64,000 nucleotides of DNA from an uncultured bacterium (lineage in GTDB: Bacteria > Electryoneota > Electryoneia > Electryoneales > Electryoneaceae): NCBI GenBank assembly GCA_964538455.1, contig CAZIDZ010000003.1, positions 46,843 through 110,842 of the forward strand, given 5' to 3'. Shown here one piece after another: positions 27,822-37,418 of the stretch. How positions within the stretch are numbered: position 1 is the first letter of the stretch; each line of letters starts with the position of its first letter. A program made the translations under genes and the position numbers. The notes under the pieces were generated by a model that was not told the DNA's origin, ran no database searches, and saw only the letters and a list, made by a program, of their open reading frames with translations.

Positions 27822-29114
27822 ATGATGACTCAAACAAACGTTGCAGCAGCGCCCGTAGGTTTCCGTCCGCGTCATGACAATGAACCGGACTGGCTGTACG
27901 ATCTCCGCGAAAAATCGTGGAACGCCTGGAGTTCGCTCCCGATGCCGGATCGCGTCCAACACCTGTGGCGCTACACCGATCCCGAACTGTTCGTGCCTGC
28001 TTCGCTGCCAAACCTGTTCAACGGGTTTCCCGTGATGACCAACGGGAATGCGGACCAGGCGAATGCCGTCCCGGATACCGAGAGCGGAATTGCGCACAAT
28101 GACGCGGAACTGCTGACCCTGGCGCGATTGACGCCGGAAGCCGTCAAGAAAGGTGTCGTGCTCACCGATTTGATGACTGCCGCTCACCAGCACCCGGATC
28201 TGGTGCGCAAGCATCTTGGCGCCGAGGTGGGGACCGAATTCGACAAATTCGAATCGCTGAACCTCGCGCTCTGGAACACGGGACTGCTGTTTTATGTGCC
28301 GGACGGCGTCACCCTTGACAGGCCGATCCACCTCCACCGGTCCGCCGGAAAAGAGGACACCCTGATGCGATTGCTCGTGGTCGTCGGTGAAAATTCGGAA
28401 GTCACCTTGATTGATGACTACGAAGCGTCTTCAGCGTCCGCGGCGCGAATCAACAGCGTTGTCGAGCTGATCGCCGAGGCGTCCGCGCGCATCGCCTTTT
28501 CCACGCTCATTCGCCTCGCCGATCGGGATCGCCTCTTCCTGACCCAGCGAAACCGCATCGGCCGGGATGTAGTCCTGCGCTCGTCGGCTGTCTCAACGGG
28601 TGCGGGCATCGCCAAGATTAACTGGGGCACACAGCTTGACGGCCGTGGCGCCGACAGCCGCTGGACGGGGATGCTGATGGGCGGAGACGAACAGCATTTC
28701 GACCACCACACGCTCCACCGCCACTCGGCGGGGGAGACGTATTCAAATCTGGAATACAAGGTTGCGCTCAAGGACAAGGCGGTCTCCTCCTACACGGGAA
28801 GGATCAACATCGAGGAGCACGCCGCCTTCTGCGAAGCGTACCAGGAAAACCGCAACCTGCTGCTCTCCGATCAAGCAAAGGTGGAGTCGATTCCCGAGCT
28901 GGAAATCATCAACGACGACGTCAAATGTTCTCACGGCGTCACCGTCGGCATGCTCGAACCGGAGCAGCTTTTCTACCTGACCAGCCGCGGGATTGATGAG
29001 CAGGAGGCGAGACGGATTATCCTGGCTGGTTTTTTCGAGGAGCCGCTTGCGCAGGTTCCCCAGGAATTGCGTACTCTCGGTCACACTCTACTGATGCAAC
29101 AACTGGAGGGCTGA
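27822..29114 (+). CDS. sufD: Fe-S cluster assembly protein SufD
   Basis: SufB/D beta-helix family ('KCSHGVTVGMLEPEQLFYLTSRGI'). Position after sufB. Confidence 0.9.
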   Translation: MMTQTNVAAAPVGFRPRHDNEPDWLYDLREKSWNAWSSLPMPDRVQHLWRYTDPELFVPASLPNLFNGFPVMTNGNADQANAVPDTESGIAHNDAELLTLARLTPEAVKKGVVLTDLMTAAHQHPDLVRKHLGAEVGTEFDKFESLNLALWNTGLLFYVPDGVTLDRPIHLHRSAGKEDTLMRLLVVVGENSEVTLIDDYEASSASAARINSVVELIAEASARIAFSTLIRLADRDRLFLTQRNRIGRDVVLRSSAVSTGAGIAKINWGTQLDGRGADSRWTGMLMGGDEQHFDHHTLHRHSAGETYSNLEYKVALKDKAVSSYTGRINIEEHAAFCEAYQENRNLLLSDQAKVESIPELEIINDDVKCSHGVTVGMLEPEQLFYLTSRGIDEQEARRIILAGFFEEPLAQVPQELRTLGHTLLMQQLEG

Positions 29115-29120
29115 TCAGCG

Positions 29121-29432
29121 ATGGCGTCTTTTCACGAGGCGTGCAGCACCAATGATGTGCCTGACGGAATGACACGGGTCGTCGACGTCGATGGCAAGCA
29201 GGTGCTGATTGCAAACGACAAGGGAACATTTTACGCCCTGAGCCCGTTTTGTACACATGACGGCCAGAATCTCGACGCTGACGAGATCGTGGACCACGCG
29301 TTGACCTGCCCCCGGCATGGTGCGGTCTTCGACGTCCGCGACGGTTCCGTGATCCGCATGCCCGCTGTCTTTGGGCTGGCGACCTTTGCGGTCAAAGTCG
29401 AAAACGGCACCGTTCTAGTCGAGCTCGGTTGA
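29121..29432 (+). CDS. Rieske [2Fe-2S] ferredoxin-like protein
   Basis: 'CTHDGQNL' and 'CPRHGAVF' (the CxH...CxxH ligands). 103 aa, embedded between sufD and sufS. Confidence 0.85.
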   Translation: MASFHEACSTNDVPDGMTRVVDVDGKQVLIANDKGTFYALSPFCTHDGQNLDADEIVDHALTCPRHGAVFDVRDGSVIRMPAVFGLATFAVKVENGTVLVELG

Positions 29433-29447
29433 TAATGGAGGCGCTCC

Positions 29448-30737
29448 ATGAGCGCGCCGAATACTGTTGTCGCAAAAGACAAAATGCGGGGTACCCCGGC
29501 GTCCGGATTTGACCCGGAGACCCTTCGAGCCGACTTTCCGATCCTGAGCAGGAAGGTCAACGGGCACCCTCTTGTCTACCTGGATAACGCTGCGACCACC
29601 CAGAAGCCTCAAGCGGTGATCGACGCCTTGTCCGGGTATTATTCCACGCACAACGCGAATGTCCATCGCGGCATCCACACGCTCGCCGAAGAGGCCACTG
29701 CGGCCTACGAAGCGACCCGCGACGAAGTAGCGCGGTGGGTGGGAGGCGTCAAGCGTGAGCAGATCGTCTTCACCCGCGGAGCGACCGAATCGATCAATCT
29801 CGTCGCATCCTCCTGGGGTGAAAAGAATCTCCACAAAGGCGATGGTATTCTGCTCACCCAGATGGAGCATCACGCCAACCTCGTTCCCTGGCTGCAGGTC
29901 GCCAGAAAGACCGGCGCCGAAATCGCCTACATCCCGATCACTCCGGAAGGCCTGCTGGACCTCGGTGTCTTGGACAGCCTGCTGGCGGACGGACGTGTTC
30001 GTCTCGTCGCCTTGACGCATGTGTCCAACGTGCTAGGCACGGTGAATCCTGTTGCAGAAATCGTAGGCAAGGCGCGGAAACACGGTGCTGTGACCCTCGT
30101 CGATGGAGCGCAGGCGGTTCCGCATCAGGATGTGGACATCCCTGAGATTGGAGCAGATTTCTACGTGTTCAGCGCGCACAAGATGCTCGGACCGACAGGT
30201 GTTGGTGTTCTCTACGGCCGTGAGCGCCTGCTCGATGAGATGGAACCCTATCAGACCGGCGGCGAGATGATTCGTCTCGTGACCTATGAAGAAGCCACTT
30301 GGGATGATCTTCCTCACAAGTTTGAGGCGGGCACTCCGAACATCGCGGGAGTTGCCGCCTTCGCCGCTGCGTTGCGGTATCTCCGTGCGCTCGGTATGGA
30401 CGCCGTCCGAGCCCACGAGCGGAAGTTGACCGCGAAGCTGTTGGCGGAGCTGGATACGCTTCCTTGGGTCACCGTCTTCGGGCCGAAGAATCCTGACGTC
30501 CACGCCGGTGTCGTCAGTTTCGAGGTGGAGGGGGTTCATCCTCACGACCTAGCGCAGTTTCTCGACAGCGTGGGCGTTGCGATTCGTGCGGGTCACCACT
30601 GTGCCCAACCGTTGACGCGGCTCCTCGGCCGGACGGCAACCGCACGCGCAAGTATTTATATATACAACACTACGGAAGATATCGAGCGCCTTGTTGAGGC
30701 GGTTCAACAGGCGAAACAGTACTTCAGCGGAAGCTGA
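29448..30737 (+). CDS. sufS: cysteine desulfurase SufS (group II)
   Basis: 'HANLVPW', PLP-Lys 'FSAHKMLGPTGVG' and catalytic Cys 'RAGHHCAQP'. Confidence 0.95.
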   Translation: MSAPNTVVAKDKMRGTPASGFDPETLRADFPILSRKVNGHPLVYLDNAATTQKPQAVIDALSGYYSTHNANVHRGIHTLAEEATAAYEATRDEVARWVGGVKREQIVFTRGATESINLVASSWGEKNLHKGDGILLTQMEHHANLVPWLQVARKTGAEIAYIPITPEGLLDLGVLDSLLADGRVRLVALTHVSNVLGTVNPVAEIVGKARKHGAVTLVDGAQAVPHQDVDIPEIGADFYVFSAHKMLGPTGVGVLYGRERLLDEMEPYQTGGEMIRLVTYEEATWDDLPHKFEAGTPNIAGVAAFAAALRYLRALGMDAVRAHERKLTAKLLAELDTLPWVTVFGPKNPDVHAGVVSFEVEGVHPHDLAQFLDSVGVAIRAGHHCAQPLTRLLGRTATARASIYIYNTTEDIERLVEAVQQAKQYFSGS

Positions 30738-30758
30738 TAGCAAGGTTCTGGAGCTGCC

Positions 30759-31268
30759 GTGCTGGAAAAGGAAAACGACCTCGGGGAACTCTACCGGGAA
30801 ATCATTCTCGACCACTACCGCTCGCCTCGCGGGCACAAGCATGTCGATCATCCCGACATCGTCAACAAGGGACAGAACCCTGTGTGCGGCGACGAGATCG
30901 AAATGCACGTCCGGATGCGTGAAGATGTGATCGAGGATCTCGGGGTCTATTGCACCGGCTGCGCGATCTCGGTGGCGTCGGGCTCGATGCTGGCGGAGGT
31001 CGCAAAAGGGAAATCCATTTCCGAGCTGAAGACCATCGCGGGAGCGATCAAGCAGATGCTGACGACCGGGGAGACGGACGGCAGCGTGAAGCTTTCGGAA
31101 CTGAGCGATCTCGAGGTGCTTGAGGGAGTGCGAGACTTCCCCGTGCGAATCAAGTGCGCTCTGCTCGCGTGGGTCACTCTCGTCGAAGGTCTCGAACAAT
31201 ACCAGAACGGGGAGCCCGAACCGCGAGTCTCATCGACCGAAGCGGGTGAATCTTCACCGGAAAAGTAG
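30759..31268 (+). CDS. sufU: SufU/IscU-like sulfur acceptor/scaffold
   Basis: GTG start. 'LYREIILDHYRSPRG', 'NPVCGDEIEM', 'GCAISVAS' and 'KCALLAW'. Has a ~30-aa acidic/Ser-rich C-terminal extension. Confidence 0.85.
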   Translation: MLEKENDLGELYREIILDHYRSPRGHKHVDHPDIVNKGQNPVCGDEIEMHVRMREDVIEDLGVYCTGCAISVASGSMLAEVAKGKSISELKTIAGAIKQMLTTGETDGSVKLSELSDLEVLEGVRDFPVRIKCALLAWVTLVEGLEQYQNGEPEPRVSSTEAGESSPEK

Positions 31269-31298
31269 CAACCTGCCGTGCCCGAAGAGATCGAGTAG

Positions 31299-31955
31299 TC
31301 AATCCACTCCCATTGCGATCAATTCATCGGCAGAGAGTACACTCCGCAGGCTGCGTTCGAATTCCGCAGCATCTTTTATACCCGCCGCTTCGTTCAATCC
31401 GATGACGAATGCCCGATGGGGCCGCTTGGAACGATAGTCCGGTTCTCGCGGGGGATGGGGCAGGTAGCGGTCGAGCAGCTCCAGGCGGGGGGTGACGAGC
31501 AGACTCGCGGAGAAGTAGAGCAGGCCCTTCGACCGGTGCAGCGCCGTGCCGGCAATTTTCCGATCTCCGATAGCAAGGTCGCTGATCCCGCTCACGTGGA
31601 CGCCGTTGACGCCGCAACGTTCCAATCCCGCCGCAAGCCAATCGCAACAGTACTTGAACCATCGCCGCGTTTCGCCCAATCCCGGGATCGGCAACACCAC
31701 GGACACGATGACGTTACCGGGATCGAGCACCACGGCGCAGCCTCCGCCCGCCCGCCGTTCCAGCGGTACGTTGTCCTCGCGGATGCGCGCGAGGTGGACT
31801 TCGGACTCGACGTTGCTGCCTCGACCCAGAATCACGCGCACTCGATCCGAACGATAGACTCTTACATGAGGCTTCCCGTCTCGTCTTAGCGCATCCACCA
31901 GATCGTCGTCGTCGCCAAAAGGGACGATCCCGAGCTTCTCATCCGTTTTCATCAT
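31299..31955 (-). CDS. lipoate/octanoate-protein ligase family protein (BPL/LPL catalytic domain only)
   Basis: 218 aa. 'RRAGGGCAVVLDPGN' and the Lys-containing 'IGDRKIAGTA'. Sits at the distal end of the 2-oxoacid dehydrogenase operon. Confidence 0.75.
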   Translation of the reverse strand: MMKTDEKLGIVPFGDDDDLVDALRRDGKPHVRVYRSDRVRVILGRGSNVESEVHLARIREDNVPLERRAGGGCAVVLDPGNVIVSVVLPIPGLGETRRWFKYCCDWLAAGLERCGVNGVHVSGISDLAIGDRKIAGTALHRSKGLLYFSASLLVTPRLELLDRYLPHPPREPDYRSKRPHRAFVIGLNEAAGIKDAAEFERSLRSVLSADELIAMGVD

Positions 31956-31963
31956 TCACCATG

Positions 31964-31993
31964 CAAAAAGGAACCCCGGAAAGGTGGGATTCC
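31964..31993 (-). terminator. probable intrinsic terminator after lpd
   Basis: Minus-strand RNA GGAAUCCC-ACCUUUCC-GGGGUUCC (8 bp including one G-U pair), followed by UUUUUGC. It lies 31 nt after the lpd stop and just before the RBS of the ligase-family gene. Confidence 0.6.
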
Positions 31994-32024
31994 TCTGTGG
32001 ATCGTGCAACCGCACAGCAGTGCG

Positions 32025-33464
32025 TCAGTCTTTTCGCTTCTTCGGGAGCACGTGGACCGGCTCGCCCCACGCCACTTCCGCAGCTTCCATGATCGATTCG
32101 GACATGGTGGGGTGGGGGTGGATTGTGCTTGCCAAGTCTTCCAAAGTAGCTCCCATTTCAATCGCCAACGTTCCCTCGGCGATCAGTTCGGATGCCGACG
32201 GCCCGACGATGCCCATGCCGAGGATCAGGTTGGTGTCCGGGTCCGAGAGAATCTTGACAAAACCTTCCGTGCGGCCCAGGCTACGGGCACGTCCGAGAGC
32301 GCTCAGTGGAAAGCGTCCTACGTTGACTGCGACTTCCTTTTCCTTCGCCTCGCGCTCGGTGATTCCTGTCCAGGCGATTTCCGGGTCGGTGAAAACCACG
32401 GCGGGTATCGCGCGGTTGTCAAAGGCGGCAGGATGCTTGGCGATCACCTCGGCGGCCACCTTCCCCTCCCGGTGCGCCTTGTGCGCGAGCGCCGGACCGG
32501 GAGTGACATCGCCGATGGCGAAGATGTGGTCTACGCTGGTGCGCTGCCCCTCGTCCACCTCGATCAATCCCCGTTCGTTCACCTTGACGCCGGTGTTTTC
32601 AAGGCCGATGTTGTCGGTGTTCGGACGGCGGCCGACGGCAACCAGAACACGGTGGTAGGTCTTCTTGATCGTCTTCCCCTCGTGCTCAATGTCAACTTCG
32701 AACAGGTCGCCCTTCGTCTTGCGGACATCCACCACCTTCGAACCCGTGAGGATCTCTTCGAATTTGGATTCGCAGTGCTTGACCACGACACGCACAAGGT
32801 CCTCGTCCGCACCAGCCAGCAGCCGGGGCAGAAACTCCACCATCGTCACCTTCGATCCGAGACCGGCGTACACCAGGCCGAGTTCCATGCCGATGTAGCC
32901 GCCTCCGACGACGAGCAGCGATTCCGGTATTTCGGGGAGATTCACGGCGTCCGCAGACGTCCAGAATTTTAGCTTCTCATCGTAATGTCCCGGCAGTTCG
33001 TTGATGCGAGACCCTGTGGCGATGATCGCGTGTTTGAACTCGATGTTGCCCGCGCCCTCTATGTGCAGGGTGTGTTCGTCGTGGAAAATCGCCCGGCCGT
33101 GTACAATGTCCACGCCGCGTTTCGTTAGCAAGGTGTCCACACCGCTGGTCAGCTTGTCCACGACACCCTGCGTCCATTGCCGCAATTTGTCGATGTCGAT
33201 TTTGATCTCGCCCGTGCGCGAGATGCCGATCTCATCTCCATACCGCACTGAGTCGGCAACCTCCACGGCGTGGATCAGAGTTTTCGACGGAATGCACCCT
33301 TCGATCAGGCAGACGCCGCCGAGCTTTTCTCGCTCCTCGACGACGGTCACGTCAAGTCCGAGATCCGCCGCGCGAATGGCCGCGACATAGCCTCCTGGAC
33401 CGGCGCCGATAATTACGACATCCGTTTCCTGGGTCAATTCCCCGACAACCATGATATCCTCCAA
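32025..33464 (-). CDS. lpdA: dihydrolipoyl dehydrogenase (E3)
   Basis: 'VVIIGAGPGGYVAA', redox disulfide 'GGVCLIEGCIPSK' and 'HPHPTMSE'. Confidence 0.95.
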   Translation of the reverse strand: MEDIMVVGELTQETDVVIIGAGPGGYVAAIRAADLGLDVTVVEEREKLGGVCLIEGCIPSKTLIHAVEVADSVRYGDEIGISRTGEIKIDIDKLRQWTQGVVDKLTSGVDTLLTKRGVDIVHGRAIFHDEHTLHIEGAGNIEFKHAIIATGSRINELPGHYDEKLKFWTSADAVNLPEIPESLLVVGGGYIGMELGLVYAGLGSKVTMVEFLPRLLAGADEDLVRVVVKHCESKFEEILTGSKVVDVRKTKGDLFEVDIEHEGKTIKKTYHRVLVAVGRRPNTDNIGLENTGVKVNERGLIEVDEGQRTSVDHIFAIGDVTPGPALAHKAHREGKVAAEVIAKHPAAFDNRAIPAVVFTDPEIAWTGITEREAKEKEVAVNVGRFPLSALGRARSLGRTEGFVKILSDPDTNLILGMGIVGPSASELIAEGTLAIEMGATLEDLASTIHPHPTMSESIMEAAEVAWGEPVHVLPKKRKD

Positions 33465-33505
33465 AGGCTCGCCGTTCCCCGAGGGAGGGCAACGGTTGCC
33501 CGGGT

Positions 33506-34882
33506 TTACGATTCAAGCAGCAACTGGTTCGGATCGCTCAGCAGGCGTGTCAGGTCGGTCACGAAATGCGCCGCCTGTGCGCCGTCTGCCACGCGATGGT
33601 CGAACGCCAGAGTCAAGGGGAGCATCTTTCGAATCACGATCTCGCCATCGCGCGCGACCGGCTTTTCCTGCGTTTTGCCCATGCCGAGAATCGCCACCTC
33701 GGGGTAGTTGATTGTGGGGATCAGCCCCGTGCCGCCGATCGGGCCGACATTCGTGATCGTAAACGTCCCGTGCTGCATGTCGCCCACTTCGATCGTTCCC
33801 TCGCGCCCCTTAGTCGCCAGCGTAACGATTTCCGCGGAAATGTCGAGGATGCTCTTTTTGTCCGTTCCCTTGACGACGGGCACGATCAAACCGCGAGGCG
33901 TGTCCGCCGCGAAGCCGAGGTTGTAGAATTTCTTGTAGACGATCTCCTCGCGGAACGGATCGAGGCTGGCGTTGAACATCGGGTACTTCCGCAGCAGGCC
34001 GGTCAGCGCCTTCATTACGAACGGCAGCAGCGTAAGCTTGCCTCCGGGCTGATCCTGGCGGCGTTCGCGTTCCTTGACGCGGAATGCCTCCAGCTCGGTA
34101 ACGTCGGCCTCGTCCATGTGAACAACGTGCGGGATCGTGACCATCGAGGTGGTCATCCGGAAGGCGACTTTTCTGCGGATCGAACGGACAGGTTCACGTT
34201 CAACCTCTCCGAGCTGCTCAAAATTGGGCATCGGTTCGAGCTGGTAATAGGGGATTCCGCTGCCGCTCCCGGAAATCGCCGGCTGGCTGCCCGCGGGCTC
34301 GGCTGTCTCATAAGCGGCCGTAGAAGCTGCCGAGGGACGGGCCGGTGCCACCCCCGACGCGACCGCCTCCACGTCTCCCTTGGTGACGCGACCCGAGGGT
34401 CCCGTGCCCACAACCTGCTGGATCTCCACGCCGAGTTCGCGGGCGAGGCGGCGTACTGCCGGTGCCGCAGCCACCTTTCCGAGCGGAGTGCCGTCCGACC
34501 GGACATGGGCGGGAGGGGCCTCTTTCACAGGAATCGCCTCGGCTTGGACCGGCCGAGGCTTGGGCGGTTCTTTCGCAGGCTCCGGCTTAGCCTTGGCTTC
34601 CTTGGCTGCGGACTCTGCCTTTGCAGGGGCCGGGACCTCCCCGCCTGAACCGTCATCGATGATTACGACGACATCGCCAACGTGCAGCGTATCGCCCACT
34701 TTGCCGTTGAGCTGGGCGACTTTCCCGCCCTTCGGGGAGGGGATCGTCACCGCTGCCTTGTCCGTTTCCACGTCCATCAGGTCGGCGTCTTCTTCGATTG
34801 TATCGCCCACGTTGACGTGCCACTCGAGAAGTTCGCCTTCGTGAATGCCTTCGCCGAGATCGGGCAATTTGAATTCAAACAC
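33506..34882 (-). CDS. dihydrolipoamide acyltransferase (E2)
   Basis: Lipoyl domain 'DVETDKAAVTIPSP', E3-binding 'PAVRRLARELGV' and catalytic 'LTLAFDHRVADGA'. Confidence 0.95.
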   Translation of the reverse strand: MFEFKLPDLGEGIHEGELLEWHVNVGDTIEEDADLMDVETDKAAVTIPSPKGGKVAQLNGKVGDTLHVGDVVVIIDDGSGGEVPAPAKAESAAKEAKAKPEPAKEPPKPRPVQAEAIPVKEAPPAHVRSDGTPLGKVAAAPAVRRLARELGVEIQQVVGTGPSGRVTKGDVEAVASGVAPARPSAASTAAYETAEPAGSQPAISGSGSGIPYYQLEPMPNFEQLGEVEREPVRSIRRKVAFRMTTSMVTIPHVVHMDEADVTELEAFRVKERERRQDQPGGKLTLLPFVMKALTGLLRKYPMFNASLDPFREEIVYKKFYNLGFAADTPRGLIVPVVKGTDKKSILDISAEIVTLATKGREGTIEVGDMQHGTFTITNVGPIGGTGLIPTINYPEVAILGMGKTQEKPVARDGEIVIRKMLPLTLAFDHRVADGAQAAHFVTDLTRLLSDPNQLLLES

Positions 34883-34895
34883 GTACGCCTCCTGT

Positions 34896-35885
34896 TCAGA
34901 ACTCGAGGGTTTCCTCGATCGCCCGGCGGATCCGCCCCGCGCTCGGCAGATAATGGTTTTCGCGCGAGAAGTACGGCATCACCACGTCGTACCCCGTGAC
35001 CCGCTTGACCGGAGCTTCAAGATACATCAGCGCTTCGTCGTTGATAATCGCGATGATTTCCGACGCCGGCCCGAGCGACTTCTGGGCTTCCTGAACGACC
35101 ACACAACGTCCTGTTTTGGTCACCGATTTCGTGATCGCGTCCGCGTCCATCGGGTAGATCGTCTGCAAGTCGATCAATTCGATGCTCGCACGCTTCTGCT
35201 CGCTCATCTCTTCAACGATTTTCTGCGTCTTGTGCAGCATCGCCCCCCAGGCGATCACCGTAATATCGCTGCCTTCCGTCACAATCCGCGCCTTGCCGAG
35301 TTCCATCGCCTCGCCGCTGTCGTTGATCTCCTCTTTGAAGGCGCGGTAGCTGTGCTTCGGCTCCATGAAGACCACCGGGTCGGGGTCGCGAATCGCCCCG
35401 AGCAGTAGGCCGTACGCGGTTGCGGGAGTCGAGGGGATTACCGTCTTCACCCCTGTGGTGTGGGCGTAAAAGGTTTCCTTGGATTCGCTGTGATGCTCCA
35501 GCGCGCGGACTCCGCCGCCGTAGGGCATGCGCAGCACCAGCGGAACCGTATGCTGGCCCCGGGTGCGAGTGCGCATCCGTCCGCCGTTTCCCTCGAGTTG
35601 GGGGATCATCAGGTAGCTGAATCCGGAAAACTGTGCCTCCGCCACCGGCTTAAGGCCGTTGATCGCCATCCCAATCGCGGTTCCGATGATCGCGGCTTCC
35701 GCCAGCGGAGTGTCGATCGCACGTTCAGGACCGTATTTATCCAGCAACCCGTCCGTCGCGCGAAAAACGCCGCCGTTCACTCCCACATCCTCACCGAGGA
35801 TCAGCACGGAGCTGTCGCGTTCCATCTCCTGATGCAGGGCGAGATTGATCGCCTGGACCATGGTCAGCTTAGGCATTGTTCTCAT
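34896..35885 (-). CDS. 2-oxoacid dehydrogenase E1 beta subunit
   Basis: 'VLILGEDVGVNGGVFRAT', 'IDTPLAEAAIIG'. Overlaps the E1 alpha stop. Confidence 0.95.
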   Translation of the reverse strand: MRTMPKLTMVQAINLALHQEMERDSSVLILGEDVGVNGGVFRATDGLLDKYGPERAIDTPLAEAAIIGTAIGMAINGLKPVAEAQFSGFSYLMIPQLEGNGGRMRTRTRGQHTVPLVLRMPYGGGVRALEHHSESKETFYAHTTGVKTVIPSTPATAYGLLLGAIRDPDPVVFMEPKHSYRAFKEEINDSGEAMELGKARIVTEGSDITVIAWGAMLHKTQKIVEEMSEQKRASIELIDLQTIYPMDADAITKSVTKTGRCVVVQEAQKSLGPASEIIAIINDEALMYLEAPVKRVTGYDVVMPYFSRENHYLPSAGRIRRAIEETLEF

Positions 35886-36963
35886 CCTTCTGTAGGTCTG
35901 CGAGGAACTCCTGGTGCTGCTTCACGAGAGGAGTGACTGACGAGCCAAAGGTTGTCTCGAACGGCTTGTCGAGCGCGAAATCCGTGTACGATTCGAACTG
36001 CTGCACGGCGTCTTCGATCTCCGCTTTCAGCTCCTCTTCCAACTTCCCGTTCTTCTTGTCGTTCCAGAGGCCTTTCTTCTCCAGGTAGAGTTTGAAACGG
36101 ATGATCGGGTCGCGCTTCACCCATTCTTCCACCTCTTCCTGCGAACGGTATTTCTTCGGGTCGTCCGCCGTCGTGTGCATCAGCATCCGGTAGGTGTTCG
36201 CTTCGATCAGCGAGGGCCCTTCGCCCTTGCGAGCGCGGTCGAGCGCCTCCCTGGTTACCTTGTACACCGCGAGCGCGTCGTTTCCGTCCACCTGGATTCC
36301 GGGGATCCCGTAGGAGATCGAGCGCTGGGCGAGGGTTTCGTTCGCCATCTGCTTTTTCAGCGGCGTCGAAATCGCCCAGTGGTTGTTCTGGTTGAGAAAG
36401 ACGACGGGTGCCTTCCAGACAGCGGCAAAATTCATCGCTTCGTGGATGTCGCCTTGGGAGGAAGCTCCGTCGCCGTAAAAGGTCAGCACCGCATTTTTCG
36501 TCCCCTTCAGCTTCTCCGCGTAGGCGATGCCCACGGCGTGGGGGACCTGCGAGCCGAGAATGATTGCGACGGGGAGTATACGCTTATTATCCTCTACTAC
36601 ATTCCCCTCTTCGAATCCCGCGTAAACCAGCATCGGGTTCAAAGGCTTTTCGCCGCGCATCAGCCGTCCGGCCAGCTCCCGGTAGGCGGTCACCATCCAA
36701 TCGTCGTCTTCCAGGGCCAGCGCGGAGGCCGCCGTGGTGGCTTCCTGGCCGACGCACACAGGGAGTGTGCCGAGACGACCCTGCCGCTGGAGCTTGAGCA
36801 TCCGCTCGTCCGTCCGGCGTGCCAGAAGCATGACACGGTACAATTTCAAGAGTTGCTCTTTTGAGAGCTTCGGCTCCAGCTTCTCATCGACCTTGCCGTC
36901 CTCATCGAGCACCTGTAGATAGGAGATGCCGAACTTCTGAATCACTTTTGTGGGCATGATCAC
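35869..36963 (-). CDS. 2-oxoacid dehydrogenase E1 alpha subunit (TPP-binding)
   Basis: 'TFYGDGASSQGDIHEAMNFAAVWKAPVVFLNQNNHWAIS' (the TPP motif GDG...NN). Substrate (pyruvate, branched-chain or acetoin) is not decidable here. Confidence 0.93.
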   Translation of the reverse strand: MIMPTKVIQKFGISYLQVLDEDGKVDEKLEPKLSKEQLLKLYRVMLLARRTDERMLKLQRQGRLGTLPVCVGQEATTAASALALEDDDWMVTAYRELAGRLMRGEKPLNPMLVYAGFEEGNVVEDNKRILPVAIILGSQVPHAVGIAYAEKLKGTKNAVLTFYGDGASSQGDIHEAMNFAAVWKAPVVFLNQNNHWAISTPLKKQMANETLAQRSISYGIPGIQVDGNDALAVYKVTREALDRARKGEGPSLIEANTYRMLMHTTADDPKKYRSQEEVEEWVKRDPIIRFKLYLEKKGLWNDKKNGKLEEELKAEIEDAVQQFESYTDFALDKPFETTFGSSVTPLVKQHQEFLADLQKDENNA

Positions 36964-37370
36964 TCCACTGAGTCGTTTCAGCTCATCGCTGCCATCTATA
37001 ATACCCCGGCAGGAGACTCGCGTTTACTCATGTTTCAAATTGCACGGAAAAGATAGCCGTCCCTAACGGAATACGTCAATGAAGCACTTTCTGGCATGGA
37101 GCAGATCACGCAAGGGCGGAATTTAAGGTTTCTCGGCGCTGGATTTGCAGCCGCGAGACGCCGAGAATGGTTGCAACGGAACCATCCACGCTATTGTATG
37201 TTATATAATATCAATAGGGTGCGATTGCTTCTGCGGGAATAGGGTTCGAACGAGACGCAGCGTCTGGAGTGTGTGCGGAGATCGTCGTGAGTGTAGTCAA
37301 AAGAGGTCTGAAACGACTCTGTTGTCGTCTTGCAACGGGGGCTCCCGGGTGCAGCACAGGCCGGGTGGAG

Positions 37371-37418
37371 GCACTTTGATCAAATAATAATACGATATCG
37401 TATTATATTTTGAAGTGC
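37371..37418. repeat. extended AT-rich dyad-symmetric element (perfect 20-bp palindrome ATAATACGAT|ATCGTATTAT at 37387-37406, flanked by GCACTT...AAGTGC)
   Basis: Read directly from the sequence. Begins 11 bp downstream of the rubredoxin stop, inside the 465-bp region upstream of the E1-alpha operon. Confidence 0.9.

Noticed and set aside
26352-28337. 661-aa ORF on the minus strand
   Set aside because: It is exactly antisense to sufB/sufD, which carry unmistakable family motifs. Its product is Arg/His/Val-rich with no motif. This is a typical shadow ORF of high-GC DNA.
37131-37166. GCGCTGGATTTGCAGCCGCG, reminiscent of the CUGGAUAAUGCCAGCG core of a TPP riboswitch, upstream of a TPP-dependent E1 gene
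   Set aside because: The resemblance is on the wrong strand for the minus-strand operon. The CUGAGA element and the rest of the TPP aptamer are missing.
37145-37387. 80-aa Cys-rich ORF (TTG start) in the rubredoxin / E1-alpha intergenic region
   Set aside because: Its codon usage is unlike all neighbouring genes (ATA, TCA, AGG, AGT and TTG codons, with AT-rich third positions). It has no RBS. It runs through obvious palindromic regulatory DNA.
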